Positions 28,480-38,913 of a stretch of 64,000 nucleotides of DNA are shown here, in pieces. The translations under genes and the position numbers were made by a program. Position 1 is the first letter of the stretch. Every line of letters begins with the position of its first letter. This stretch comes from Halobacteriovoraceae bacterium (GTDB lineage Bacteria; Bdellovibrionota; Bacteriovoracia; Bacteriovoracales; Bacteriovoracaceae): contig CAVRCF010000003.1 of assembly GCA_963719505.1 (NCBI GenBank), forward strand, positions 128,001 to 192,000, given 5' to 3'. The notes under the pieces are model-generated. The model made no database searches. It had not been told where the DNA came from and saw nothing but the letters and a program-made list of their open reading frames with translations.

Positions 28480-30354
28480 GTGACACCAACCAGAGCTTCA
28501 ACATTTGAAGTCATCAAAAGTTTAAACCCAGATTCGATGGTGTTAGACGACAACTATCGGTTGATTACCGTTTTTGGAAAAGCGAAGATTCTTCTTGTTG
28601 ATTCTCAAGACCACATTAATAAAGACATTTCTGATTGCGTTTCACCGGCTTTTAATATTATTTTTAAAAAAAATCTCTCACGTGCAAAAAATGAAGGAAC
28701 TAGAAATTTTTCCGAAAAAATAATATCTCAAATTAACGGCGTAAAAATAGAAGGTGTTTTAAAGTTTACTTATGTTGAAAATAAACTCGACCACGACTTT
28801 TATATTGTATCTTTGCTTCCTATCCCTTTTGCGCCTCAAGATTTTACAAAAGACTTATTTTTAAAAGAGATTCAGCAGTTAGAGTCTGTTGGCAGTTTTT
28901 ATCATGACCTTAAAGAGTATAAGACTTATATTAGCTCCGAAATTAGCAAAATTTTTGAATTAGAGTCAGATAAAAATTTTAATATTTTGTTTAACTCAAA
29001 GTATTTTGACGAACATTCCAATAAAGAAATAGCTAGTAACCTGTTGACTCTAAAGTCTAGTGGTGAACAATTTCAAGGGGCCTACACAATTAACACTGAG
29101 CTTGGCAAGACCAAGCTCATAAAGCTTCAAGTAAAAGCCATCGACCTTGATCACAACGGAGAGATCTCCGGCTATGTCGGCACCATTAAGGATTCGACTC
29201 AACAAAACCTAGCGCAGGAGCGAACCAAACTTGCTCTCTCTGCTTCAGGAGCTTCATTTTGGGAATGGGATATTGAAACTAATGAAGTCTTTTTTGACGA
29301 AAAACTACTTGCGCTTTATGAGTTTCCAAGTGGGATTGAGCCCACAAAGTTATTCGAAACCTGGGCGGAGACTTTAGTGGGAGATGATAGAGCCATGGCA
29401 ACACAAGCGCTTAAAGACGCTGTCACTGGAAAAAAAGAATATAACCTTTATTTTAGAATAAAAACTCCCTCTGGTGTCATAAAATACATCCATGCAACAG
29501 GAAAGGTAATAAAAGATCGCAATGGAATAGGCGTTAGGATGCTTGGTGCTAAAATTGATGTCACAGATATCCTTAAAAAAGAAGAGCTCATAAAAGAGCA
29601 AAGACGGGTTGCTGACGTGTCTGTGAGAATGGCGCAGCTGGGAGAGCTAAGCATGGAATTGGGCCATGAGATAAACAATCCGCTGACGATCTGTATGAGT
29701 AGCGTCTCACTGCTTAAGATAAATCTCAAAGAGGTGGAGCTAAATGAGAAAAGTCATCGAAGTTTAGAGCTTCTTACAAAGGGTTTAGACCGTATAAATT
29801 CTTTGGTTAAGAATTTAAGGAACTATTTAAATTCTAGCAACGGCGATATTTTGAAAGAAATTGATGTAAACAATGCTATTAGAGAAAACTGTTCTTTGGT
29901 TGAAAACCTCACAAATAAATCAAAAGCGACCTTTGAACTGGATCTATGTTCCTCTCTCTTTATTGAATGTGACTCTGTTAAAATAAGTCAGGTTTTATTT
30001 AATCTTTTGTCGAATGCGATTTATGCTGTCAAAAATTCAGAGCAAAAAATTATACGTGTCTCGACTTTTACTCAAGAAGGTAGGGCGCTAGTAAAGGTTG
30101 ACGACTCGGGGTGTGGCATTTCTCTGGAGCACCAAGAGAAAATCTTTGAAAAATTTTTTACGACCAAGGGATTGCACGATGGAACAGGGATTGGGCTCAG
30201 CCTTTGTCGAGAAATAATTGAAAATATGGGAGGAACTATTAATTATGTCCCTTCCTCACTTGGGGGAGCATGCTTTTTAATCTCACTCAATCAATCACAA
30301 AAAAAGAAAAATATTAAACGCATAGAAGTAACAGCTAAAGAGCGTGCTTCTTAA
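28480..30354 (+). CDS. Cytoplasmic multi-PAS sensor histidine kinase
   Basis: PAS repeats (WEWDI...), H-box GHEINNPL, NLLSNA, DDSGCGI, FFTTK, GTGIGL; no TM segment. Confidence 0.92.
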   Translation: MTPTRASTFEVIKSLNPDSMVLDDNYRLITVFGKAKILLVDSQDHINKDISDCVSPAFNIIFKKNLSRAKNEGTRNFSEKIISQINGVKIEGVLKFTYVENKLDHDFYIVSLLPIPFAPQDFTKDLFLKEIQQLESVGSFYHDLKEYKTYISSEISKIFELESDKNFNILFNSKYFDEHSNKEIASNLLTLKSSGEQFQGAYTINTELGKTKLIKLQVKAIDLDHNGEISGYVGTIKDSTQQNLAQERTKLALSASGASFWEWDIETNEVFFDEKLLALYEFPSGIEPTKLFETWAETLVGDDRAMATQALKDAVTGKKEYNLYFRIKTPSGVIKYIHATGKVIKDRNGIGVRMLGAKIDVTDILKKEELIKEQRRVADVSVRMAQLGELSMELGHEINNPLTICMSSVSLLKINLKEVELNEKSHRSLELLTKGLDRINSLVKNLRNYLNSSNGDILKEIDVNNAIRENCSLVENLTNKSKATFELDLCSSLFIECDSVKISQVLFNLLSNAIYAVKNSEQKIIRVSTFTQEGRALVKVDDSGCGISLEHQEKIFEKFFTTKGLHDGTGIGLSLCREIIENMGGTINYVPSSLGGACFLISLNQSQKKKNIKRIEVTAKERAS

Positions 30355-30434
30355 AAAAGACAAATATCAAAGCTGCTCTGGATGAACTTCCTGCTTTTTA
30401 CAAAAATTAATAAAAAGAAAAGGAAGACATAACT

Positions 30435-30881
30435 ATGAAAAAAAATATTTTGATCGTAGATGACGAAGAATTTATAGTTGAAAACCTAGCCGCTCTATTG
30501 GAAGGTGTCGTTGATAAAGCCTTTACAGCCTTCAATGGAAAAGAAGCTCTCGAGATCATAAAGTCAAATGACATTGTTTGCATTATTAGTGATATAAAAA
30601 TGCCACAGATGGATGGTGTCGAGCTTATTAAGGAAGTAAGAGCTCTAGGAGATGAAACCCCTTTTATCTTCTTTACTGCCCACGGTAACGATGAACTTAT
30701 GAAAGAGGTCGCAAAGCATGGAGCCTTTGATTTTATCGATAAGCCAGACTTTCAAGGTTTAGAGGAGATGATTACACGGGGACTTGTTAGGGGATTTGAT
30801 TTAGCGATTAAAACCGAAGCTAAAAAGAAAAGTTCTGAACAAATAACAAAAGAGTATAATGACCTTCTTGAAAAAAAATGA
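30435..30881 (+). CDS. Single-domain response regulator
   Basis: ILIVDDE, SDIKMPQMDG, FTAHG, DKP. Confidence 0.93.
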   Translation: MKKNILIVDDEEFIVENLAALLEGVVDKAFTAFNGKEALEIIKSNDIVCIISDIKMPQMDGVELIKEVRALGDETPFIFFTAHGNDELMKEVAKHGAFDFIDKPDFQGLEEMITRGLVRGFDLAIKTEAKKKSSEQITKEYNDLLEKK

Positions 30882-32419
30882 CTATGGGGAGCCCTTTGCC
30901 TAAATTTTTACCAACTGACAAAGATAAGATTCACCTCGCTGAAGTTCTTGACCGATCTCTTTCTGAGGTCTTCGCTTTTGACGCCCAAAACTTTAAATTT
31001 TTGTATGTCAACCAAGGTGCTATTTCAAACCTAGGCTATGATGCATTCGAGTTGCAAGAGATGACACCTTGGGATCTTAAACCCCTAAACATACGAGAGT
31101 TTAAGAGTTTAATTGAACCGCTGGCAAAAGACGAAATTAAAAAACTTGAGTTTGAAACAAAACATATTCGGAAAAATGGATCGTCATATGACGTCCAGGT
31201 GTCGTTAGAAAAAGGAAGCTTCGGAGCAAAAGACTGCTTCTATGCGAATATTCTCGACATTAGCACCAGAAAAAATCTCTTAAATGATTTATTAATGTCT
31301 TCGCGGTTGAATACAATTGGAGAGATCGCTCAAAGTGTAGGTCACGAAATTAATAATCCACTTATGATTATTGAAATGGCGCTAAATAAGCTTGAAGATT
31401 CACTTATGGACAATCAACACTCAAGTGAAGGTGCAATCAATAAAAACTTAGGTCGAATTAAAAATGCATCCAAGAGAATTAAAAAAATAGCAGGAAGTTT
31501 GAGAAGCTTCTCAACGATTGAAAATTTCAGCAAGTCGGTTTGCAATTTAAAAGAGATGGTTCAAAAAGCTGTAGACTCTTATGCTGAAGTCTTGAGAGTC
31601 GAAAATATTCAACTCATCACAGATTTTAAGGAAGATGACTTCTATCTCTACTGTCATCCAGATGCCTTTAACGAAATCATCATTCACCTTTTAAGTAATG
31701 CTAAGGATGCATTGAGATCAAATAGTCGTCCAAAGATTATAACGATTGAAGTGCATTCGCTTGAAGATAAAATAAGTCTAAGTGTTACTGATAATGGACC
31801 AGGAATAGAGTCAGAAGTTTCACAAACACTTTTCCAAACATTTGTGACAACAAAAGCCAATTCTGGCGGAGCCGGTCTTGGTTTGTCCATTGCTAGGCAT
31901 ATCGCTTGCGAGTTTGGCGGCTCTCTTCAATACGATGCCTCATCAAGCGGTGGTAGCTGTTTTACCCTAGAGTTTCCTAAAGCACAAAAATCTCCTTTAC
32001 AACAAAAACAGAATCCAAAATCAAATCAATGTGAGGCTAAAGTCGCCCTAATTGAGGACGAAGAGCTCTTGAGTGAAATGATTATTGACTACTTAGAGGA
32101 TTGTGGTTTTGAAACAAAAGCGTATAGAAATGTAGATGATTTTCTTGAGGCCTTAAATGAAACTCAATTTGATCTCATTGTCTCTGATATAAATTTGCCG
32201 AAAAAAACTGGTTTTGATCTTATGAAGCATATGGCGGAAAATGCTCCACAAATTTTGCAGCGACTTCTGTTTATTACTGGTGGCTCGTTAGAAGTTTTAG
32301 ATCCAGAGGGTAAAGACCTTATCACTAAAAATAATATAAAAATTCTTTTCAAACCTTTTGTTTTGAGTCAGCTTCATGAATTGATAGACGATGTTTTAGC
32401 TTCTGTTGATCGAAAATAG
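30878..32419 (+). CDS. Hybrid PAS histidine kinase / response regulator
   Basis: PAS, GHEINNPL, DNGPGI, GAGLGL, C-terminal REC (LIEDE, SDINLP, KPF). Confidence 0.92.
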   Translation: MTMGSPLPKFLPTDKDKIHLAEVLDRSLSEVFAFDAQNFKFLYVNQGAISNLGYDAFELQEMTPWDLKPLNIREFKSLIEPLAKDEIKKLEFETKHIRKNGSSYDVQVSLEKGSFGAKDCFYANILDISTRKNLLNDLLMSSRLNTIGEIAQSVGHEINNPLMIIEMALNKLEDSLMDNQHSSEGAINKNLGRIKNASKRIKKIAGSLRSFSTIENFSKSVCNLKEMVQKAVDSYAEVLRVENIQLITDFKEDDFYLYCHPDAFNEIIIHLLSNAKDALRSNSRPKIITIEVHSLEDKISLSVTDNGPGIESEVSQTLFQTFVTTKANSGGAGLGLSIARHIACEFGGSLQYDASSSGGSCFTLEFPKAQKSPLQQKQNPKSNQCEAKVALIEDEELLSEMIIDYLEDCGFETKAYRNVDDFLEALNETQFDLIVSDINLPKKTGFDLMKHMAENAPQILQRLLFITGGSLEVLDPEGKDLITKNNIKILFKPFVLSQLHELIDDVLASVDRK

Positions 32420-32545
32420 CCATTACAGTATAAGAATTTTTTGAATTTCTTCTTTGTCGACAAAAATCACAAATTTGCAAATTTACTATGTCTATGTTTT
32501 ATTAGTTGATAATCCGCCTAATAATTTATCCAAGGATCATCGTTT

Positions 32546-33955
32546 ATGAATATGGTTGCCTACAGTTTTATCGGTTTTCTCGTTCTTTTCATACTCATTG
32601 GTGTCTCTTCAGTTTTAAAAAGTCAGAAAAGTAACTCAGACTATCTTCTTGCCGGACAGGGAGTTGCTCCTTGGTTAGCCGCTTTATCTGCCGTTGCCAC
32701 GAATAACTCAGGCTATATGTTTATAGGATTGATAGGTTTTACTTATACTTCCGGTTTGCAATCAGTTTGGATCATGTTTGGTTGGATTTTAGGTGACTAT
32801 GTTATTTCTAAATTTGTTCATTTGAAACTCAGAGAAAATACTCAAGAACAAAAGCTATTAAGCTTTGGTGGTGTTCTCGGACGTTGGTACGGGGGGAAAT
32901 TCACTAAGCTTCGAAAGATAGTAGGTGTTGTCACTTTTGTCTTTTTAGGCATTTATGCAGCCGCTCAATTTAAAGCTGGTTCAAAAGCGCTTTATGTTCT
33001 TTTTGGATGGGATTATTCAACGGGGGCTATCATTGGTGCAATTATTGTTTTCCTTTATTGTCTCTCGGGTGGAATAAGAGCTTCTATTTGGACTGATGCA
33101 GCTCAATCTTTTGTCATGATTATCTCTATGGGTCTGCTTTACTACTTTGGTATTAAAGAAGTAGGAGGAGTTGAAAGTTTAGTTAGTAAACTCGATGCGG
33201 TCTCTCCTGAATATTTAAGCTTAATGCCTTCTGGCTTACAAATGGATAACGGACTTGGTGTGTTTTTCTTTATCTTAGGGTGGCTATTTGCAGGTTTTGG
33301 TGTCATTGGGCAGCCCCATATTATGATCCGTTTTATGTCTATTGATGACTCAAAAAATATGAAGAAAACTCAGAGATATTATTATTTATTCTTCGTTGTG
33401 TTCACATTTTTGACCTACGGAGTTGGGCTTATATCAAGAGTAATCCTTCCTGGAACTGAGAGCTTTGATGCGGAACTAGCACTGCCTCTCATGAGTCAAA
33501 AGCTTTTACCAGAGTTTCTTATTGGAATGGTCTTAGCGGGTCTGTTCTCTGCCACGATGTCTACTGCAGACTCTCAGGTTCTAAGTTGCTCAGCGGCTTT
33601 TACTAGAGACATCTTTCCAGGAAAAAAAGATAATCTTTTATATACAAAAATTGCAACAGGATCAGTGACAGTTCTTGCTCTTCTCGTTGCTTTATATGGT
33701 GGATCAAATGTTTTTGAGTTAGTTGTTTTCTCATGGAGTGTTTTAGCCGCAGCATTTGCGCCGCTACTCTTTCTCTATACCATTGGAAATAAAGTTACCG
33801 AAAATGTAGGGATCATTGTTATTCTCTCTGGAATGGGAATGGCATTTCTGTGGAAGATTTTAGGTCTATCGGGTGTGATTTATGAAGTCGCTCCTGGCAT
33901 GATGACGGGTCTTATTGTTTATTACCTAATCAGAAAGAAGTCTGACGAAGTTTAG
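32546..33955 (+). CDS. Sodium:solute symporter, PutP-like (Na+/proline)
   Basis: ALSAVATNNSGYMFIG, GGIRASIWTDAAQS, GQPHIMIRFM, ATMSTADSQ. Confidence 0.88.
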   Translation: MNMVAYSFIGFLVLFILIGVSSVLKSQKSNSDYLLAGQGVAPWLAALSAVATNNSGYMFIGLIGFTYTSGLQSVWIMFGWILGDYVISKFVHLKLRENTQEQKLLSFGGVLGRWYGGKFTKLRKIVGVVTFVFLGIYAAAQFKAGSKALYVLFGWDYSTGAIIGAIIVFLYCLSGGIRASIWTDAAQSFVMIISMGLLYYFGIKEVGGVESLVSKLDAVSPEYLSLMPSGLQMDNGLGVFFFILGWLFAGFGVIGQPHIMIRFMSIDDSKNMKKTQRYYYLFFVVFTFLTYGVGLISRVILPGTESFDAELALPLMSQKLLPEFLIGMVLAGLFSATMSTADSQVLSCSAAFTRDIFPGKKDNLLYTKIATGSVTVLALLVALYGGSNVFELVVFSWSVLAAAFAPLLFLYTIGNKVTENVGIIVILSGMGMAFLWKILGLSGVIYEVAPGMMTGLIVYYLIRKKSDEV

Positions 33956-33986
33956 AGCTTAGGACCTTTTTGATGGCGCGCACTTT

Positions 33987-35243
33987 TTAAGCAGCTTTTA
34001 GGGATAGTTTTCTAGAGTAGTGACTATCCACGCTTCCCAGATCAATTTTGTTCAAAAGGTTAGAGAAGGCCATCTTGCCTGCAAGGAGATCAATATCTTG
34101 ATACCATTTTGGTAAAAATTTGGGCTCTGTTATATTCATAGATTTGTATGCATCATTAAGAAGAAATACATCATTAATATCGACTTTTCCGCAAAAAAGC
34201 AGATGAGTAAGTTCTAAATTTTTTGTTCGAAAGGCCCATCTAAAAAAGCTGTGAACTCTAATCAATCCTTCAAGATAGGTTCCATCTTTTGTAAAAACAA
34301 TTCCTCCTTGAGCTCCACCTCCTCTGAAAATTCTTGAACTTGACAGATAGCTCTCGTGTTCAGACTGATCATTTGCAATAAAAAAATGGTAGAGGTCATA
34401 GAAGTCGGCTCCTCTTAGCGCCATATCAATAGCAATAACTCTTAATGCGAGCCTTTTTAATCTGGCAAGGTCCATAGTTCCCGTAATAACTTCAGCAAAG
34501 GTTGCTAGACCCTCTTGTGTTTTTGTTGTTCGAGGAGCTCCTTGGCCCATTATGGTTAAATTTTTTTGAAGACTTCCGTTTATGCCTGTTAGTGAGTGAG
34601 TCATGACCTCATGGACAAGTAGCTGATCAAAGTCATACTTAGTAAACTGCGCCTCTTTTCGAATTTTTATTTTGGTTTTGCTCGCAGATGCTTTTGCCGT
34701 CATCTTTTCTGTAATTTCAAACTTAGGCCCTTGATCTTGAAATACCTTCTTGGACTCCTCTTTGAGATACTTCCTTAAGTCTGCGCTGCTAAACCTTTGT
34801 GGAGAGTCTACTAAATAGGGGGGAGCGTATTCTTGATGGGCCAGTAATATCTTATTGGCGGTATCAAGATGTGAGTAGTTACTTCCAAAGAGCTTGTGAT
34901 CAGGTCGACCATACTCTCTAATACTAAGATCTTGAAAATTGGAACTTCCCGCAGCATCAACTAACTCGATTGCATTAAGATAGCTTCTAATCATTGAAGA
35001 AGTATAGATGTGTAAGGGATCGTTGGCAGAGAGCTGCCTCTCTAGTTTTCCGAGTGCTAGTTTGGCGTCAGTAAAGTCAGCCTTTTTGTATTTAAAACTT
35101 AAGCTAGGTCTTTGACCTTTTTTCATTTGACTAAAAAAAGAACTCTCTAAGTGACTAGGCCAGCTTATATGTTCGAGTATTCGAATACTCTTTACTACTT
35201 CGACAGCCTTATTATTTATATTCATTAATTTTAGATTCTTCAT
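33987..35243 (-). CDS. QEGLA-motif / DUF1704 metallopeptidase
   Basis: HEVMTH zinc motif, TTKTQEGLATFAE, RIFRGG, FTKDGTYLEG. Confidence 0.88.
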   Translation of the reverse strand: MKNLKLMNINNKAVEVVKSIRILEHISWPSHLESSFFSQMKKGQRPSLSFKYKKADFTDAKLALGKLERQLSANDPLHIYTSSMIRSYLNAIELVDAAGSSNFQDLSIREYGRPDHKLFGSNYSHLDTANKILLAHQEYAPPYLVDSPQRFSSADLRKYLKEESKKVFQDQGPKFEITEKMTAKASASKTKIKIRKEAQFTKYDFDQLLVHEVMTHSLTGINGSLQKNLTIMGQGAPRTTKTQEGLATFAEVITGTMDLARLKRLALRVIAIDMALRGADFYDLYHFFIANDQSEHESYLSSSRIFRGGGAQGGIVFTKDGTYLEGLIRVHSFFRWAFRTKNLELTHLLFCGKVDINDVFLLNDAYKSMNITEPKFLPKWYQDIDLLAGKMAFSNLLNKIDLGSVDSHYSRKLSLKAA

Positions 35244-35451
35244 CTCCCTCTGATCGACCTTTTTATGATTTAAGCTGAGTTTTATTTAAAGGATGTAAGT
35301 CGTTGAAAATACGTGGTTAATGTCAAGAACGTGTTAAATTTTTGCCTTCTAATTTACTTTAAACCCATAGAATTATAAACAGTTGGGATAAAAGTTTTCG
35401 TTGATACAAAATATATCTAAAAGAGAAAACGCATGTTAAGGCGGACCTATA

Positions 35452-36603
35452 ATGTTACAAAAAATCTCGACTCTCTTCTTTCTCTCACTTTTATTTCTTT
35501 CAAATGGATATTCAAAAGAGTACGGCTGGGGCACGATTATTGAAGATGAAAAAAGTAAACTAAAAATTGGAGGAAGACTCCAGGTCATCTTAGAACAAGA
35601 CTCCGATACAGAAGCTCAAGATTTTTATTTGAGAAGAACCAGGTTAAATCTTGAATATAAACCTTGGGAGGGACACACCTTTGTCTACGATATTCGAAAT
35701 GATGGAGCAAATAAAGCTGATAAGGGTGAGGAAACTTTCAATATTGGTGATGCTTATTGGAAAATTGATATCAATGAGAACACAGTAAACAATATAAAAC
35801 TTTTTAGAGCGAAAGTGGATGTTTCATACTCGCAAACTTCCAGTTCCAAAAACCTTTTTAATCCTCAAAGAGCTGAGGTGTCAGAGCATGCTTCAGACTT
35901 TGTCGTTCATAATAGGCGAGCTGTGAATGCACAAGTTAATGGGAATATTCAAAATTTGGCTTACCAAGTGGCTTTGTCTGATGGCGTGAACTCTGAAGAT
36001 TTAAGTGATCTCGATGCTAAAGAAGTAAAAAAAGTAAATTATCAAAAGCTCACTTACGGCGCAAAATTGAGGTACTTCTTTGTGGGAGATGCAAAGAAAA
36101 ATAAATCACAAGACACTTTTTATGGTCTGAGTGAGTCCTTTTCTATTGGATTAGGTTACTTTGCTAATGATAAAATTAATATCGATAACTCAAATAACTC
36201 AGCTTCTTTGCAGGAGTTTTCCTTCAGAAGAAGTCTGACAAATATTGATTTTTCATACTCAGGTCAAAATATTCGATTTCTTGCAGAATACTTTGAATTT
36301 ACTGGAGACTTGCTTGATTTGAGTGCGAACTCTAAAGCAGATGCCCTAGGAGATTCTGGCGGATACTACGCTCAGCTAGAATATGTTTTTAATAAATGGG
36401 CTCCTTATATTATCTATGAAAATTTTGATAAAAATAAAGATGAAAGTCAGAGTGAACAATCAGTGAAAACTGTTGGGATAAATTTTTGTCAAAGACTTGA
36501 AGCTACGCGCTTTGGTATTGCCCACAAAGAAATTCAAAATCAAAGGCGAGTGGGAGATAATAACGAAGAACTTCTCTATGCTTACTTCATGTTGAATTTT
36601 TAA
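35452..36603 (+). CDS. Outer-membrane porin (OprO/OprP-like)
   Basis: Signal peptide, KIGGRLQ..F.LRRTRL, GYYAQLEY, C-terminal Phe. Confidence 0.75.
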   Translation: MLQKISTLFFLSLLFLSNGYSKEYGWGTIIEDEKSKLKIGGRLQVILEQDSDTEAQDFYLRRTRLNLEYKPWEGHTFVYDIRNDGANKADKGEETFNIGDAYWKIDINENTVNNIKLFRAKVDVSYSQTSSSKNLFNPQRAEVSEHASDFVVHNRRAVNAQVNGNIQNLAYQVALSDGVNSEDLSDLDAKEVKKVNYQKLTYGAKLRYFFVGDAKKNKSQDTFYGLSESFSIGLGYFANDKINIDNSNNSASLQEFSFRRSLTNIDFSYSGQNIRFLAEYFEFTGDLLDLSANSKADALGDSGGYYAQLEYVFNKWAPYIIYENFDKNKDESQSEQSVKTVGINFCQRLEATRFGIAHKEIQNQRRVGDNNEELLYAYFMLNF

Positions 36604-36671
36604 GACCTATTCTTTTATCCATATTCACAAAATATTTTGAACTTTATAAACTATCAAAGTATATTATTCAG

Positions 36672-37313
36672 ATGAATGAGACATATGAGTCTTGGAAAAA
36701 AGGTAATATTACAGATTCTCGCATGGCCTTGATTTACTTTATCAATCGCTTTGCTGTTGATTTTGATGATCAAAGGCTTATGAAGCTTATTGGACATATT
36801 CCCTATGAAAAGATCCTTGATAACTACCAATTTAAAAAAATAAAAGGTAAAGCCATTATCTGCCTGAAAAAATGGGTTAGTGGTGAATGGGATCTCACTC
36901 TTTGTGAGAAAATATTTACGCCCTTTGAGGTACTCTCTTTTCAGGCCAGAGGCATTCGGCCTGTTACAATGAGATATAATAATGAAAACTTGCCTGTTCT
37001 ACATCGAAAGAACTCTCTGGATTTCTTCGTTCATGATCTGGAACACGGGTATATGTTTTTTCACGATGAAGATTTAAAACAGATGCAAAAACAATTCTTT
37101 ACCAAAATCGAAAGGTCCTTGTCTTGCGGCCTATGGACAGAAAAATTGGAGGATAAAGTCTTTAAAGAAAAATTCTATTATATGATAAGTGATATGAATT
37201 CCCATAAAGAGCATTACAGAGCTTATCTTCAATCAATGCTTTCGTTAAATGAGTTTAGAGAGTTTGAATTTTTATTTGATGAAAAAGAAAGTAGCGACCA
37301 AACAAATGTCTGA
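36672..37313 (+). CDS. Hypothetical protein with HDLEH motif
   Basis: 213-aa ORF; FFVHDLEH and ISDMNSH could supply metal ligands. Confidence 0.6.
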   Translation: MNETYESWKKGNITDSRMALIYFINRFAVDFDDQRLMKLIGHIPYEKILDNYQFKKIKGKAIICLKKWVSGEWDLTLCEKIFTPFEVLSFQARGIRPVTMRYNNENLPVLHRKNSLDFFVHDLEHGYMFFHDEDLKQMQKQFFTKIERSLSCGLWTEKLEDKVFKEKFYYMISDMNSHKEHYRAYLQSMLSLNEFREFEFLFDEKESSDQTNV

Positions 37314-37317
37314 TCGC
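37294..37317 (-). terminator. Rho-independent terminator for 37328..38110
   Basis: Minus strand GCGATCAGAC-ATTT-GTTTGGTCGC followed by TACTTTCTTTTT. Confidence 0.65.
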
Positions 37318-37327
37318 CAAAAAATAT

Positions 37328-38110
37328 TTAAGCGCTCAATGAGACAATAATAAGAAGACTAAGTCCTGTTCCAATAGTCGCTGGTAAAAGGATTGCTGCA
37401 GTACTCGCACCAGTTATGAGAAGAATTGCGAGAATCACCAAAAGGATGGCAGTGGTCATTATTAAAGCTAATATTCCAACTGTAAGCCAAATGGCCATTG
37501 CGATTTCATCTAAGATGCCACTTTTTAAAGATTTACTATTAGAGTTTTGAGTAAAGCTCTCAATGCTTGAAAGGTAGTCTTGATAACTCATGCTTATAAG
37601 TTTATCTAATCTGCTCTTTAGGACGAACTCAAAGCCCCCAGCTTGACGAGCTTGGCTTAGAAGGTTCTGAGCTGTTTCTTCCTCAGATTCAGTCGTAGCA
37701 GATTGTTCTAGTTTATTTTTGAGATCCTTTACAGTCAAACCGCTTTTAGAAGCGAGTTTTCTCAAAAGGCTTCCTCTGCGAAGTATCTTGGAAGAAACTT
37801 TTCTAACCTTTCTAAAGTCTTCACTGTTTTGACTTAAAAGGTATTCTTCTTGTTCAACAAGACTTAGGCTTTCCATTTTAGAAATTTTTTGAGTCGTCTT
37901 TTTGATGAACTTTCTTTTATTGCGTTCAAATTTCTTAAGAGACATCGGGGAAGAGGTTGCTGACTTACTGATAGTTGAGTTTGCGTCAATCATCTTTGTG
38001 ACTTCGTCGAGAGCTTGGGCAATCTGTCTGTCTTCAACGCCTGGTGTGTAGGCAAGGGCTTGACCTGATGAAAAGGCGATAAGAACTAGATTTAAGATAA
38101 AATTTTTCAT
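37328..38110 (-). CDS. Exported helical hypothetical protein with C-terminal hydrophobic hairpin
   Basis: Signal peptide (..GQALA), Lys-rich helical body, ~55-aa hydrophobic C-terminus; GGAG RBS. Confidence 0.7.
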   Translation of the reverse strand: MKNFILNLVLIAFSSGQALAYTPGVEDRQIAQALDEVTKMIDANSTISKSATSSPMSLKKFERNKRKFIKKTTQKISKMESLSLVEQEEYLLSQNSEDFRKVRKVSSKILRRGSLLRKLASKSGLTVKDLKNKLEQSATTESEEETAQNLLSQARQAGGFEFVLKSRLDKLISMSYQDYLSSIESFTQNSNSKSLKSGILDEIAMAIWLTVGILALIMTTAILLVILAILLITGASTAAILLPATIGTGLSLLIIVSLSA

Positions 38111-38263
38111 TTATTCTCCTGTTTTTTACTTTGTTGTCGTATTTATTAATGCGAATATAGAGATGGTTTTAGGGTTTTGATAGCTTAAGGGGAAACAGAA
38201 GCGAAGGTATATGTCACTTTGCCACAAGAGTTATTAAACGATGTATTTTTAGGAAATCAGTAT

Positions 38264-38836
38264 ATGGAGTCAAAACAAGAGAAATTTCAACAAGTTATCG
38301 ATACAGCCTTTAGCCTTTTAGAACAAAGAGGGATTAAAGGGGTGAGTATAAGCTTAATTTCCCAAAGGTCTAAAATATCTAGGGGCTGGATTTATAAGTA
38401 TATAGCCAGTGATATTGATGGTGTGCTTAGGTTTTGTCTTAAAGCGTATGCTGATGAATTTGCTCGTTTTGCTGACCTCAAAACTTGTGTGAATGCTGAG
38501 GAACTTAAAGTTTCGATTCTTAGCTTCACCTCACTGATGGTTGATAGGGTTTGTGAGAATCAATCGATTCTGTCTCTTTATTTTTCTCATATTGGGGCGA
38601 AAAATCTAGTTGGGGATATTGTCCGAGAGACTGACCAGCGCTATTTGCAACATATTGCCAATAACTTTGAACTCGTTTTTAAAGACACTAAGAAAAGAGC
38701 TTTTGTAAAAGCCGAAGTTTTTCATTCTATGCGCATGGGGGGACTCTTAGTTTTCACAAAACCTGGAGATAAAGATATAGCCGGCTTGAAAAAAGAATAT
38801 CTATCTCATCTTGAGATCCTTTTAAAATCTCTATAA
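38264..38836 (+). CDS. TetR/AcrR family transcriptional regulator
   Basis: N-terminal HTH A..LL..RGI..VSI..I..RS.ISRGWIYKY; likely start 38264. Confidence 0.85.
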   Translation: MESKQEKFQQVIDTAFSLLEQRGIKGVSISLISQRSKISRGWIYKYIASDIDGVLRFCLKAYADEFARFADLKTCVNAEELKVSILSFTSLMVDRVCENQSILSLYFSHIGAKNLVGDIVRETDQRYLQHIANNFELVFKDTKKRAFVKAEVFHSMRMGGLLVFTKPGDKDIAGLKKEYLSHLEILLKSL

Positions 38837-38913
38837 AACCTTTATGCATAAATAGTTTACCAATAACTTGAAATACATTTGTCATTTCCAATCAATAGGA
38901 TTTAGAATCTGAA

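Noticed and set aside
35250-35280. FliA promoter for the DUF1704 gene (TCAG-N16-GTCGATCA on the minus strand)
   Set aside because: Both elements deviate from consensus; too weak to call
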